NCBI GenBank assembly: GCA_963801355.1
Contig: CAWDEM010000008.1
Span: forward strand, 160,001 to 224,000
Reading direction: 5' to 3'
DNA: 64,000 nucleotides
DNA from: Ignavibacteriota bacterium
GTDB taxonomy: Bacteria; Bacteroidota; Ignavibacteria; UBA10030; UBA6906
How positions within the stretch are numbered: the stretch's first letter is position 1; every line of letters starts with the position of its first letter. Below are positions 46,877 to 55,782 of this stretch, piece after piece. Both the position numbers and the translations under genes were made by a program. Under the pieces are notes generated by a model that saw only the letters and a list, made by a program, of their open reading frames with translations, ran no database searches and was not told the origin of the DNA.

Positions 46877-48271
46877 ATGGTACGCACGCGCTCGCTCGCC
46901 ATATGTGGATTTCTCCTGCTTGCCTTCCTCTCCCTTCATTGCGGGGGGAGCGGCACCTCGACCGTTTCGAATTACGCCTCATGGGATCCGTTCCTCGACA
47001 CCCTGCAATCACGTACGCTGCAGTTCTTCCTGGCGACCGCTGATTCCACAACCGGTCTGAGTCCTGACCGATGGCCTTCCGCTTCACCCTCGAGCATCGC
47101 GGCGGTGGGATATGCCCTGACCGGATACCCCATTGCGGCGGAGAGGGGATTGATCACGCGCGCGGAGGCGGCCCGGCGTGTCCTGAATGTGCTGGAGTTC
47201 CTCTGGAAGCTCCCTCAAAGCGACCGGCCGGTCTCGACAGCCGGCTACCGCGGACTCTTCTATCATTTCATAGCGATGCAAACCGGGCTCCGTGTCTGGA
47301 ATTGTGAACTCTCCACGATCGACACAGGCCTGCTCATGGCAGGCGCTCTCTTCTGCCAGAGCTACTTCGATGCCGCGGAGCCGCAGGAGGCCGAGATCCG
47401 GGCGATGGCCGACAGTCTCTACCGGCGGGTCGACTGGCTCTGGGCGAGTGATGGGTCCCAGGGCATTCGTCTTGGCTGGTATCCCGAACGAGGGTTCGTG
47501 AAGAAGACCTGGACCGGTTACGATGAGGCGATGATCCTGTATATTCTTGCTCTCGGTTCACCGACCCATGCAATCCCGGCGGAGTCATGGAATTACTACA
47601 CCTCGACATATCTCTGGGCGGAGTACCAGGGGTCCGAGTTCGTCAGCTTTGGACCCCTCTTTGGACACCAGTACTCCCACTGCTGGATTGATTTCCGGGG
47701 GATTCAGGATGTGTATATGCGGTCCCGTGGCATTGACTACTTCGAGAACTCCCGGCGGGCAACCGCTTCGCAACGATCCTATGCAATTGCGAATCCGGCC
47801 GGATTTGCCGGCTATTCGGACAGCATCTGGGGGCTGACGGCGTGCGATGGTCCCCGCGACGTTGTTCTTCACGTCGAGGGGCGGGAGCGGAAGTTCCAAA
47901 CATATGCCGCCCGGGGAGTCTCGGTGGACTGGGTTAATGATGATGGGACAATTGCTCCCACTGCGGCGGGGGGATCCGTGGCATTTGCGCCGGAGCTCTG
48001 CGTTCCTGCCCTCAAGGCATTGCGGAACCGCCACGGGGACCGTCTCTTCCGGGAGTTCGGCTTCGCCGATGCGTTCAACATGACCTTCATTACCCCGGAA
48101 ACCCCGGCGGGGTGGTATGATGCGGATTATATCGGGATCGATCAGGGGCCGATTGCGGTCATGATCGAAAACCTCCGGAATGGTTTCGTGTGGGAGACCA
48201 TGAAGAAGAATCCATATGTTGTGAGCGGATTGAAGCGAGCAGGGTTCACCGGGGCATGGCTCCAGCATTGA
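46877..48271 (+). CDS. GH144 beta-1,2-glucanase, probable lipoprotein
   Basis: LSLH-CGG lipobox-like; SIAAVG, ELSTIDT, GYDEAM, GPLFGHQY, WGLTACDGP, DDGTIAPTA, GIDQGP. Confidence 0.88.
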   Translation: MVRTRSLAICGFLLLAFLSLHCGGSGTSTVSNYASWDPFLDTLQSRTLQFFLATADSTTGLSPDRWPSASPSSIAAVGYALTGYPIAAERGLITRAEAARRVLNVLEFLWKLPQSDRPVSTAGYRGLFYHFIAMQTGLRVWNCELSTIDTGLLMAGALFCQSYFDAAEPQEAEIRAMADSLYRRVDWLWASDGSQGIRLGWYPERGFVKKTWTGYDEAMILYILALGSPTHAIPAESWNYYTSTYLWAEYQGSEFVSFGPLFGHQYSHCWIDFRGIQDVYMRSRGIDYFENSRRATASQRSYAIANPAGFAGYSDSIWGLTACDGPRDVVLHVEGRERKFQTYAARGVSVDWVNDDGTIAPTAAGGSVAFAPELCVPALKALRNRHGDRLFREFGFADAFNMTFITPETPAGWYDADYIGIDQGPIAVMIENLRNGFVWETMKKNPYVVSGLKRAGFTGAWLQH

Positions 48272-48281
48272 GGGCTCTGGC

Positions 48282-51200
48282 ATGATGTTCACAATTCCCC
48301 TCCTCCTTGCCTTCCTTTTTTCTACAGTTCCTCAGACTGTTCCTGTGTCAGTCCTTCTGGATGATTTCTCGACGCTTGCCGGTTGGAAGACCATCGTTTC
48401 CGACGGGGCGGCGCTCAGGCTGGAAGCCGCCAGGGGAGCGTCCGGAATGTGTATGATGATGGAATTCGACCTGACCGGAGGGGCCGGCTACGTGATTGCG
48501 GAAAAGCCGTTCAACATCGATCTTCCCGCAGACTATCAATTCACGTTTGACCTCCGTGGAGAGACTCCGATCAACAACTTCGAGTTTAAGGTCATTGACG
48601 AATACGAAAACGTTCACTGGATAAAGAAGCTGAATGTCACCTATCCGACAGAGTGGACGAAGCAACGGATCAAGAAGCGGCATCTCAGCTTTGCCTGGGG
48701 TCCGGCAGCGGGGAAAGAACTCCGGCATGTGCGTGCGCTGCAGTTCGTCGTGTCAGCGGGAACGGGAGGGAGGGGGAGAGTCTGGGTGGACAATTTCCGG
48801 TTCGAGCGCCTGGATGACAGCGCTGCGGCCGGGGCAGTCGCCGTTGTGATCAATGGCGAAGCACGGATTGACGCTGCCGGAACTGTCCTGACATTCTGGG
48901 CCTCCGGTGCCGCTCCCGATTCCCTGGTCATCGACTTCCATCACACGAAGGAGGTAGGCGGAGCCGTGATCGACTGGGACAGTGCGGATTATGCGAGCTC
49001 CTATGACATACTCACGTCGGATGATGGAAATGACTGGAATCATGTATATGGTGTTCAGCGTGGGAAGCCGGGGCGCGCGTACATCCCCTGTGGCGAGGCG
49101 GAGGGGAGATTCTTGAAATTGCGCACTCGTGGCGACAGTCGCGGCCGGGGTGCGGTCATGCTGAGAATGTACATCAAAGATCCCTCCTTCTCTTCCTCAT
49201 CCAACAACCTGTACCGGACAATTGCTGGAGAGGCGCCTCCAGGTTATTTTCCGAAGTACTTCCTGGACCAGCAATCGTACTGGACGGTGGTCGGAGTGAG
49301 CGGGGACGCCAAAGAGGCGTTGATCAACGAGCAGGGTCAGATCGAGGTGGACCGTGTGCGGTTTTCCCTTGAGCCCTTCCTCTTCGTCGATGGGAGGCTG
49401 GTAACCTGGAATGACGTCAACACAACCCCTTCGCTGCGCAAAGGCTATCTGCCCATTCCTTCCGTCACGTGGAACTACAGAGGCGCGGTGACATTGACGA
49501 TCGAAGCAGTCGCAGCCGGAGCACGCGGACAGTCGTTCCTCGGCATCCGGTATTCTCTGACAACCAGGGTGGAAAACCTCCACGGGAAGCTGTTTGTAGC
49601 GATCCGGCCATTCCAGGTCAACCCGCCCTGGCAATTCCTGAACATTCAAGGTGGGACAGCGCGCGTCGACACTATCTCGTACCGGGACGGAATGGTCTTC
49701 GTGGACAGCACCATGATAATCCCGATGAAGGCGCCGACCGGATTCGGCGCACTGGAGTTCGACGAGGGTGATATTACTGAATATCTTGCACGGGGCGAAT
49801 TGCCGCGCGCGCAACACGTGTACGATCACTCCGGCCATGCCTCGGCAGGGCTCTCGTATGATTTTCGTCTCGACCGGAGTGAGACAAAGGAAGTACACTT
49901 CGTCATCCCCTTCCATGGCCGGGACCCTTCTGCGATTCCGGAGTTTGACGAGTTGATGCAGGCGAGCGTGAAGGCATGGGAGGGCAGTCTTGATAGGGTG
50001 GAGTTCTCCCTGCCTCCTTCCGCGCAAGATGTCGCGCGGACACTCAAATCGAATCTCGCATACATTTTCATCAATCGTGATGGTCCCGGAATTCAGCCCG
50101 GCTCGCGGAGCTACGAGCGTTCGTGGATTCGCGACGGATCGTTGACCTGTGCCGCTCTTCTGCGGCTCGGGCACCAGGAGGAGGTGCGGGAGTTCATCGA
50201 CTGGTATGCACGGGGACAATTCCCGAATGGCAAGGTCCCGTGCGTGATTGATGCCCGGGGTTCCGACCCGGTGCCCGAACATGACAGCCACGGAGAATTC
50301 ATCTATGCAATACGGCAGTACTTCCTCTTCTCAAAGGACACGGCCTGGCTGCGGGGGAAGTTTGACGGGGTGACCAGAGCAGTCCGCTACATCCAGTCTC
50401 TCCGCGCTGAGCGGAAGACGGAGGTGTACCGCACCGGAACGCCGGAGCAACGTGCCTGTTTCGGTCTGGTGCCGGAGTCCATCAGTCACGAGGGATATTC
50501 TGACGTTCCGCGTCACTCCTACTGGGATTGTTTTTTTGTTCTGCGCGGGCTGAAAGACGCCACAGCAATCGCGGAGGCACTCGGCGAAAACGCTTTAAGC
50601 CGGGAGTTCGCTGAAGAACGGGACGATTTCCAGCGGGATCTCTATGCATCGATGCGTCTGGCGATGCACACAACCGGCGTCGACTATATCCCCGGCTGTG
50701 TGGAGCTCGGTGATTTTGACGCGACATCCACGACGGTCGGACTCGCGCCGGGCGGAGAACTCGGAGCGATACCGGAACCGCAGTTGCACAACACGTTCGA
50801 CCGGTACTACGGGTTCTTCCAGAAACGGAAGGCCGATGCCATGTTCGTCAATTACACGCCGTACGAGGCCCGCATCATCGGATCCTTCGTCCTGCTGGGG
50901 GAGAAGGAGCGTGCGGCGGATCTCATGCAGTTCCTTCTCAACGATCGCCGGCCCACTGCATGGAATCACTGGGCCGAGGTTGTGTGGCGGCATCCGGCAA
51001 CCCCGAAATATATCGGCGACATGCCCCACACATGGGTGGGATCTGATTTCATCCGGTCGGTGCTCACGATGTTCCTGTACGATCGCGAACGGGATTCGGC
51101 TCATGTCCTGTGCGCCGGAATTCCGGACCGGTGGATCCTCGACCCTGCCGGTGTCAGAGTCGAGCGGCTTCCCACATATCACGGGACGATCAGCTACACA

Positions 51201-51398
51201 TTGCGGAGAAGCGGGAAGAGTGTTCTCGCTGCTGTATCAGGCAGCTTTGACGCTGCGCATCATAGATTGCTCATTGCTTCCCCCCTGGCGAGCAGGCTTC
51301 GCGGCGTGGAGGTTAATGGCCGGCCGGTGCCGGTCCTTGAGAGTCGTGAAATTATCTTGAAGGCATTACCCGCACAGGTGGAGTTCATGTACCGATGA
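48282..51398 (+). CDS. Exported CBM-like + discoidin (F5/8C) + six-hairpin (alpha/alpha)6 glycosidase-like protein
   Basis: Signal peptide; LVIDF...IDW...YASSYDILTSDDG.DW discoidin; IQPGSRSYERSWIRDG, EHDSHGE, PESISHEGY, HSYWD, GDMPHTW. Confidence 0.72.
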   Translation: MMFTIPLLLAFLFSTVPQTVPVSVLLDDFSTLAGWKTIVSDGAALRLEAARGASGMCMMMEFDLTGGAGYVIAEKPFNIDLPADYQFTFDLRGETPINNFEFKVIDEYENVHWIKKLNVTYPTEWTKQRIKKRHLSFAWGPAAGKELRHVRALQFVVSAGTGGRGRVWVDNFRFERLDDSAAAGAVAVVINGEARIDAAGTVLTFWASGAAPDSLVIDFHHTKEVGGAVIDWDSADYASSYDILTSDDGNDWNHVYGVQRGKPGRAYIPCGEAEGRFLKLRTRGDSRGRGAVMLRMYIKDPSFSSSSNNLYRTIAGEAPPGYFPKYFLDQQSYWTVVGVSGDAKEALINEQGQIEVDRVRFSLEPFLFVDGRLVTWNDVNTTPSLRKGYLPIPSVTWNYRGAVTLTIEAVAAGARGQSFLGIRYSLTTRVENLHGKLFVAIRPFQVNPPWQFLNIQGGTARVDTISYRDGMVFVDSTMIIPMKAPTGFGALEFDEGDITEYLARGELPRAQHVYDHSGHASAGLSYDFRLDRSETKEVHFVIPFHGRDPSAIPEFDELMQASVKAWEGSLDRVEFSLPPSAQDVARTLKSNLAYIFINRDGPGIQPGSRSYERSWIRDGSLTCAALLRLGHQEEVREFIDWYARGQFPNGKVPCVIDARGSDPVPEHDSHGEFIYAIRQYFLFSKDTAWLRGKFDGVTRAVRYIQSLRAERKTEVYRTGTPEQRACFGLVPESISHEGYSDVPRHSYWDCFFVLRGLKDATAIAEALGENALSREFAEERDDFQRDLYASMRLAMHTTGVDYIPGCVELGDFDATSTTVGLAPGGELGAIPEPQLHNTFDRYYGFFQKRKADAMFVNYTPYEARIIGSFVLLGEKERAADLMQFLLNDRRPTAWNHWAEVVWRHPATPKYIGDMPHTWVGSDFIRSVLTMFLYDRERDSAHVLCAGIPDRWILDPAGVRVERLPTYHGTISYTLRRSGKSVLAAVSGSFDAAHHRLLIASPLASRLRGVEVNGRPVPVLESREIILKALPAQVEFMYR

Positions 51399-52684
51399 AC
51401 AGGCTTCTGTGGCGAGCATATCCGGTCTGCCTGCTGTTGTCCCTTGCCGCCCTCATCAGTGGGTGCGACGGCCGTTCTCCGGAAAAAACCGTCATCCGTT
51501 TCTGGGCGCTGGGGGCGGAGGGGGACAACATCCGGCAGCTCATGCCGGAATTCGAGCGGCGGAATCCCGGAATCTCCGTGAAAGTGCAATCACTCCCCTG
51601 GACCGCCGCACACGAGAAACTGCTGACCTCCTATGCGGGGAATTCGATGCCCGATCTGTTCCAGCTGGGGAACACGTGGATCCCGGAGTTCCAGGTGCTC
51701 GGAGCGATCGAGGACCTGGACCCGTGGATCAACACATCGCGCGTTGTCAGCGAGCAATCGTTCTTCCCTGGTGTCTGGGCGACCAACCGCGCCGACAGTG
51801 CGATCGTTGGAATCCCCTGGTACGTCGACACGAGGGTCCTGTTCTACCGGAAGGATCTCTGTGCCGCCGCGGGGTACGTCCGGCCTCCGGCCACATGGGA
51901 CGAGTGGAAGGATCTGTCGCGGAAGCTCAAGCAGGCTGCCGTGCGTGAGGGAAGACAGGCCTATGCGATTTTGCTCCCGACCAACGAGTGGGCTCCGCCT
52001 ACGATCCTTGCGCTGCAGCGGGGCGCTTCTTTTCTGAAGGAACAGAACACGCGTGGTGCGTTCAGTGACTCACTTTTCCGTGACGCCTTTGAGTTCTACT
52101 GCAGCTTCTTTGCCGAGCGCCTGGCGCCGATCGGAGTCACCCAGGTCACCAATGTCTACCAGGGTTTTGCAGAAGGGTTCTTCGCGATGTACATCACCGG
52201 CCCGTGGAACGTCGGCGAGTTTCGCCGGCGCCTTCCGCCGGAGATGCGGGATCGATGGATGACTGCGCCGTTGCCCGGTCCCGGGCCCGCTGGGACGGGT
52301 GTGTCTCTGGCAGGAGGATCGAGTCTGGCCATGGCAAGGTCGGCGTCAGACAAGGATGCAGTCTGGAAGCTGATCGAGTATCTATCCGATGCCCCTCAGC
52401 AGCGGGAGTTCTACCGGATTACGGGCAATCTCCCTGCACGCAAAGAGGTGTGGGATGACACGCTTCTGGCTGTCGACCCCTATCTGCATGCCTTTCGGAT
52501 CCAGCTTGGCGCGCTTGCCTCTCCCCCCGCAATTCCGCAGTGGGAGCAGATAGCCATGAAGGTACAGGATTATGCCGAGATCGGGTCGGTGGGAAAGACG
52601 CCCGTGCCCGAAATTCTCGCCCGGCTTGACCGGGATGCAGACGTGATACTCGAAAAACGCCGCTGGCTGCTCTTCGGTGAATAG
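51395..52684 (+). CDS. Sugar ABC transporter substrate-binding lipoprotein
   Basis: LISG-C lipobox; PDLFQLGNTW, PWYVDTRVLFYRKDL, AMYITGPW, GGSSL; ATGA overlap with the upstream gene. Confidence 0.93.
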   Translation: MNRLLWRAYPVCLLLSLAALISGCDGRSPEKTVIRFWALGAEGDNIRQLMPEFERRNPGISVKVQSLPWTAAHEKLLTSYAGNSMPDLFQLGNTWIPEFQVLGAIEDLDPWINTSRVVSEQSFFPGVWATNRADSAIVGIPWYVDTRVLFYRKDLCAAAGYVRPPATWDEWKDLSRKLKQAAVREGRQAYAILLPTNEWAPPTILALQRGASFLKEQNTRGAFSDSLFRDAFEFYCSFFAERLAPIGVTQVTNVYQGFAEGFFAMYITGPWNVGEFRRRLPPEMRDRWMTAPLPGPGPAGTGVSLAGGSSLAMARSASDKDAVWKLIEYLSDAPQQREFYRITGNLPARKEVWDDTLLAVDPYLHAFRIQLGALASPPAIPQWEQIAMKVQDYAEIGSVGKTPVPEILARLDRDADVILEKRRWLLFGE

Positions 52685-53558
52685 TCAAAGACCATATGCG
52701 CTTGTGCTCTTCCTGGCGCCGGCCCTGACGGCGATAGGACTCTTCTTTTTTATCCCTGTTCTTGCCGCCCTGGTTCTCAGCTTCACTGATTTCGATATCT
52801 ATGCGCTCGGCAATTTTTCGGTGGCGCGGTTTGTCGGCCTTCGCAACTATCTGCAGATTGCCGGGGATCCGCTCTTCTGGAAGGCCCTGAAAAACACCCT
52901 CTACTTCCTGCTGGCAGGCGGTCCGCTTTCCATTGCTGTTTCGCTTGGTGCGGCGCTCCTCTTGAACGCGAAGATGGTCCGGTGGAAGCCGGTCTTCCGG
53001 TTCGTCTATTTTGCCCCGGTCGTGACCACTCTTGTCGCGGTTGCCGTGGTCTGGCGCTTTGTGTACCATCCCCGCTTTGGTCTGTTGAACTATGCGCTCG
53101 GGCTTGTGGGGATAAATCCCATCGACTGGCTGGGGGACCCGAACTGGGCCATGCCGGCGATGATCATCCTGGCCGTCTGGAAGAATTTTGGCTACAACAT
53201 GATCATCTTTATCGCCGGACTTCAGAATATCCCGGAATCTCTGTACGAAGCTGCGAGCATCGATGGCGCCGGGTCCTGGCAGCGTTTCCGCACGATTACG
53301 TTGCCACTCCTGGCTCCGACGACGTTGTTCATCACGATCATCACGATGATCGGGTATTTCCAGTTCTTTGCCGAGCCATATGTCATGACCCAGGGGGGGC
53401 CGCTGAACAGCACCCTCAGCATTGTCATGCTCATGTACCAGCAGGGCTTCCGGTGGTGGAGTATGGGGTATGCCGCCGCGATCGCGTTCGTTCTGTTCCT
53501 GTTCATTCTCCTTGTCTCCGTGGCGCAAACGAGATTACAGCGAGGGAGGGCCGGCTGA
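52677..53558 (+). CDS. Sugar ABC transporter permease (MalF/UgpA type)
   Basis: FVGLRNY, WKNFGYNM, LYEAASIDGA (EAA loop), GYAAA. Confidence 0.95.
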   Translation: MNSQRPYALVLFLAPALTAIGLFFFIPVLAALVLSFTDFDIYALGNFSVARFVGLRNYLQIAGDPLFWKALKNTLYFLLAGGPLSIAVSLGAALLLNAKMVRWKPVFRFVYFAPVVTTLVAVAVVWRFVYHPRFGLLNYALGLVGINPIDWLGDPNWAMPAMIILAVWKNFGYNMIIFIAGLQNIPESLYEAASIDGAGSWQRFRTITLPLLAPTTLFITIITMIGYFQFFAEPYVMTQGGPLNSTLSIVMLMYQQGFRWWSMGYAAAIAFVLFLFILLVSVAQTRLQRGRAG

Positions 53559-54376
53559 TGCGCATCGTGAAATCCTTGGGGCTGCATGGAGTACTGCTCA
53601 TGCTGGCTGTCGTCACGATGGCGCCGCTGTTCTGGATGGTTTCCGCGTCGTTCATGGCCGGTGGCGAGGCAAGCTCGTTCCCTCCGCCGTTCCTTCCGGC
53701 GCACCCGACGATGCAGCAGTACGTCGAGCTTTTCACGCGGCTAAATATCACACACTATGTCATCAACAGCGCCTTGCTTGCACTCACCGTGACAGGGATC
53801 TCGTTGCTGGTCAACTCCATGGCGGGATATGCGTTTGCGAAATACCGTTTCGCGGGCCGGGAGAAACTGTTCAAGCTATTGATTGCTTCCATGGTGATCC
53901 CGGCCCAGGTGACAATGCTTCCGCTGTTTCTTATGCTCAACAAGATGGGGCTTGTCAACACGTATCTCGGTGTCATTATCCCGGGCCTGGCGAGCATTTT
54001 CGGGATCTTCCTCATCCGCCAGTTCGCGCTTTCAATTCCGGACAGTCTGATCGAGGCCGCGAGAATGGACGGAGCCGGGGATTTCCGCATTTACTGGTCG
54101 GTCATTCTTCCCCTCTGCAAGCCCATACTCATCACGCTCGCAATTTTCACCTTCATGGGAACCTGGAACGATTTTCTCTGGCCGCTCATCATCATGACAG
54201 ATGACTCGATGTACACGCTCCCTGTGGCGCTCGCGAGTCTGTCGGGCGAGCACGTGCAGGATACCGAGCTCATGATGGCCGGATCGGTGATGACCGTCCT
54301 CCCGGTGATGCTGGTGTTCCTTGCCCTCCAGAAGTACTACATCAGCGGGATCATGGCTGGAGGAGTGAAAGAGTAG
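53558..54376 (+). CDS. Sugar ABC transporter permease (MalG/UgpE type)
   Basis: AGYAFAK, IEAARMDGA, WNDFLWPL, GGVKE; TGATG coupling with the previous gene. Confidence 0.95.
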   Translation: MRIVKSLGLHGVLLMLAVVTMAPLFWMVSASFMAGGEASSFPPPFLPAHPTMQQYVELFTRLNITHYVINSALLALTVTGISLLVNSMAGYAFAKYRFAGREKLFKLLIASMVIPAQVTMLPLFLMLNKMGLVNTYLGVIIPGLASIFGIFLIRQFALSIPDSLIEAARMDGAGDFRIYWSVILPLCKPILITLAIFTFMGTWNDFLWPLIIMTDDSMYTLPVALASLSGEHVQDTELMMAGSVMTVLPVMLVFLALQKYYISGIMAGGVKE

Positions 54377-54392
54377 GTCCCATGAAAACGCA

Positions 54393-54418
54393 GAGGCCCT
54401 TCATTTCGGAAGGGCCTC
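54393..54418. terminator. Stem-loop between convergent genes, probable end of the operon
   Basis: gaggcccttc-atttcg-gaagggcctc, perfect 10-bp stem; no clear U tract on the plus strand. Confidence 0.6.
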
Positions 54419-54489
54419 GCGGTGAGCGACCTTGTTTCAAGGTCGGCTGTTATCTTATGTCACTGTCGGGCAATGTGCCGACTAGTAGA

Positions 54490-55395
54490 CTAGCGGATGA
54501 GCGTCATGAGCTTTGTTTGCACGAAGGATGGTGTTTGAGAACCCTCGGCATACGCACTGAGGCGATACAGATAAACCCCGCTTGCTGCTCCTGATGCATT
54601 CCATTTTACTTCGTGAGTGCCCGGGCTCTGCTTCGCATCTACCAGCACAGCCACTTCCCGGCCAAGCATATCGTACACCACCAACCGTACACTACTGGCA
54701 GCCTTTCCGTCGACACCTCCCTGGGCGGGCAGCTGATACGTGATGGTGGTTGACGGGTTGAAGGGATTGGGGTAGTTCTGCTCGAGCGCAAATCGGTCGG
54801 GTGAGGTGTTGTCGGAGGATCCCACCGCACTCGCTGCGCCCCAGGCAAGATCATCCACGATGTAGTATGACCCAATGGTCGCCAACCCTGACGTTCCGCT
54901 AAGCTGTATGGACACGATCGCGCTATCGGGCGTTTCTCCCGAGATATAACCTATGTTGACGACAAATTCTTGGTACGCGTTTGTGGATGTGGTAGTGTTG
55001 AACGCGCCACCTCCGATGCCGGAATCAGCCTTCATGAGGGCTACAACAACGTGGAAAAAATCCCCTGTAGCCAGCGAAGCTTTGTACCATCCATGCAGGG
55101 CTCCCGGCCGGGAATTCATGGTGAACGCAGGTTCAGTGAGGAGGGCGGGGGGGAACCCGAAACCAGGGGCGATCTGAGTGACCTCCCCCCGAGCCGCAGA
55201 CGACCCTGAATGGACTTCAGTGGATTGCGTGACATTGAGGAACGTTGGCGGGTCGTTTGTTGTCGACCATCCGGTCGGGTTACCTGCAACCCAAGCCTCA
55301 AAACCAGCATTGGGAATAGTCTGAGCGTTGCTGCTGTCTTGCTGAGCAAGTGCAGAAAACGCCGCGATCGCCAACCAGTAACGGAAACGTTTCAT
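54490..55395 (-). CDS. T9SS-secreted protein with a CBM-like (PCMD-like) jelly-roll domain
   Basis: Signal peptide; IPNAGFEAW...PTGW.T.N, LHGWYK, IVDDL; LEQNYPNPFNPST CTD; AAGGAG RBS. Confidence 0.75.
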   Translation of the reverse strand: MKRFRYWLAIAAFSALAQQDSSNAQTIPNAGFEAWVAGNPTGWSTTNDPPTFLNVTQSTEVHSGSSAARGEVTQIAPGFGFPPALLTEPAFTMNSRPGALHGWYKASLATGDFFHVVVALMKADSGIGGGAFNTTTSTNAYQEFVVNIGYISGETPDSAIVSIQLSGTSGLATIGSYYIVDDLAWGAASAVGSSDNTSPDRFALEQNYPNPFNPSTTITYQLPAQGGVDGKAASSVRLVVYDMLGREVAVLVDAKQSPGTHEVKWNASGAASGVYLYRLSAYAEGSQTPSFVQTKLMTLIR

Positions 55396-55480
55396 CGCCG
55401 ACTCCTTCTATAGTGAATCCAGTACCTCTATTAACACTGGTGTCGGCGACAATGTTCCCGGATCCCGGGCGTGGTGGGAA

Positions 55481-55524
55481 CCGATTGACTATGGTCAGTT
55501 GACTAATTGACTATCGTCAATCGG
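55481..55524. repeat. 44-nt imperfect palindrome built from TTGACTA-like heptamers, just 3' of the tRNA
   Basis: ccgattgac-tatggtcagtt-gact-aattgactatc-gtcaatcgg. Confidence 0.7.
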
Positions 55525-55528
55525 CTTG

Positions 55529-55614
55529 TACCAAAGGAGGGACTCGAACCCTCACCTGGTGTGAGCCAGACTGGATTTTGAGTCCAGCGCGTCTACCAAT
55601 TCCGCCACTTTGGC
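55529..55614 (-). tRNA. tRNA-Leu(CAA); 3' CCA not encoded
   Basis: Minus strand GCCAAAG TGGCGGAATTGGTAGACGC GCTGGA CT-CAA-AA TCCAGT, long variable arm, GGTTCGAGTCCC, CTTTGGT A, followed by CAA. Confidence 0.96.
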
Positions 55615-55692
55615 TTGTGAGAACTTTAGCATACAAATTTACGCTCTGCGCAGCCGAGAATCAAGGAGAAAAGCGCACACAGCCACCCTCGA

Positions 55693-55732
55693 CCCATTGC
55701 CCCTACCCATTGTCCACTACCCCATTGTCCAT
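55693..55732. repeat. Short degenerate CCCATTG heptamer array
   Basis: cccattg at 55693, 55706 and 55721, separated by ccccta/tccacta units. Confidence 0.55.
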
Positions 55733-55782
55733 GCCGATCGTTGTCTTTACTCCCACCCCCCATTGCCGTATATTTCCACCGC

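Noticed and set aside
52982-53557. N-terminal extension of the 464-aa ORF, suggesting a fused permease
   Set aside because: It overlaps the preceding permease in another frame; the plausible start is ATG 53558 (TGATG coupling).
55529-55614. tRNA-Leu as the integration site of a genomic island carrying the glycan locus
   Set aside because: No integrase, and I saw no duplicated tRNA 3' end in the window; composition was not computed but looks similar on both sides.
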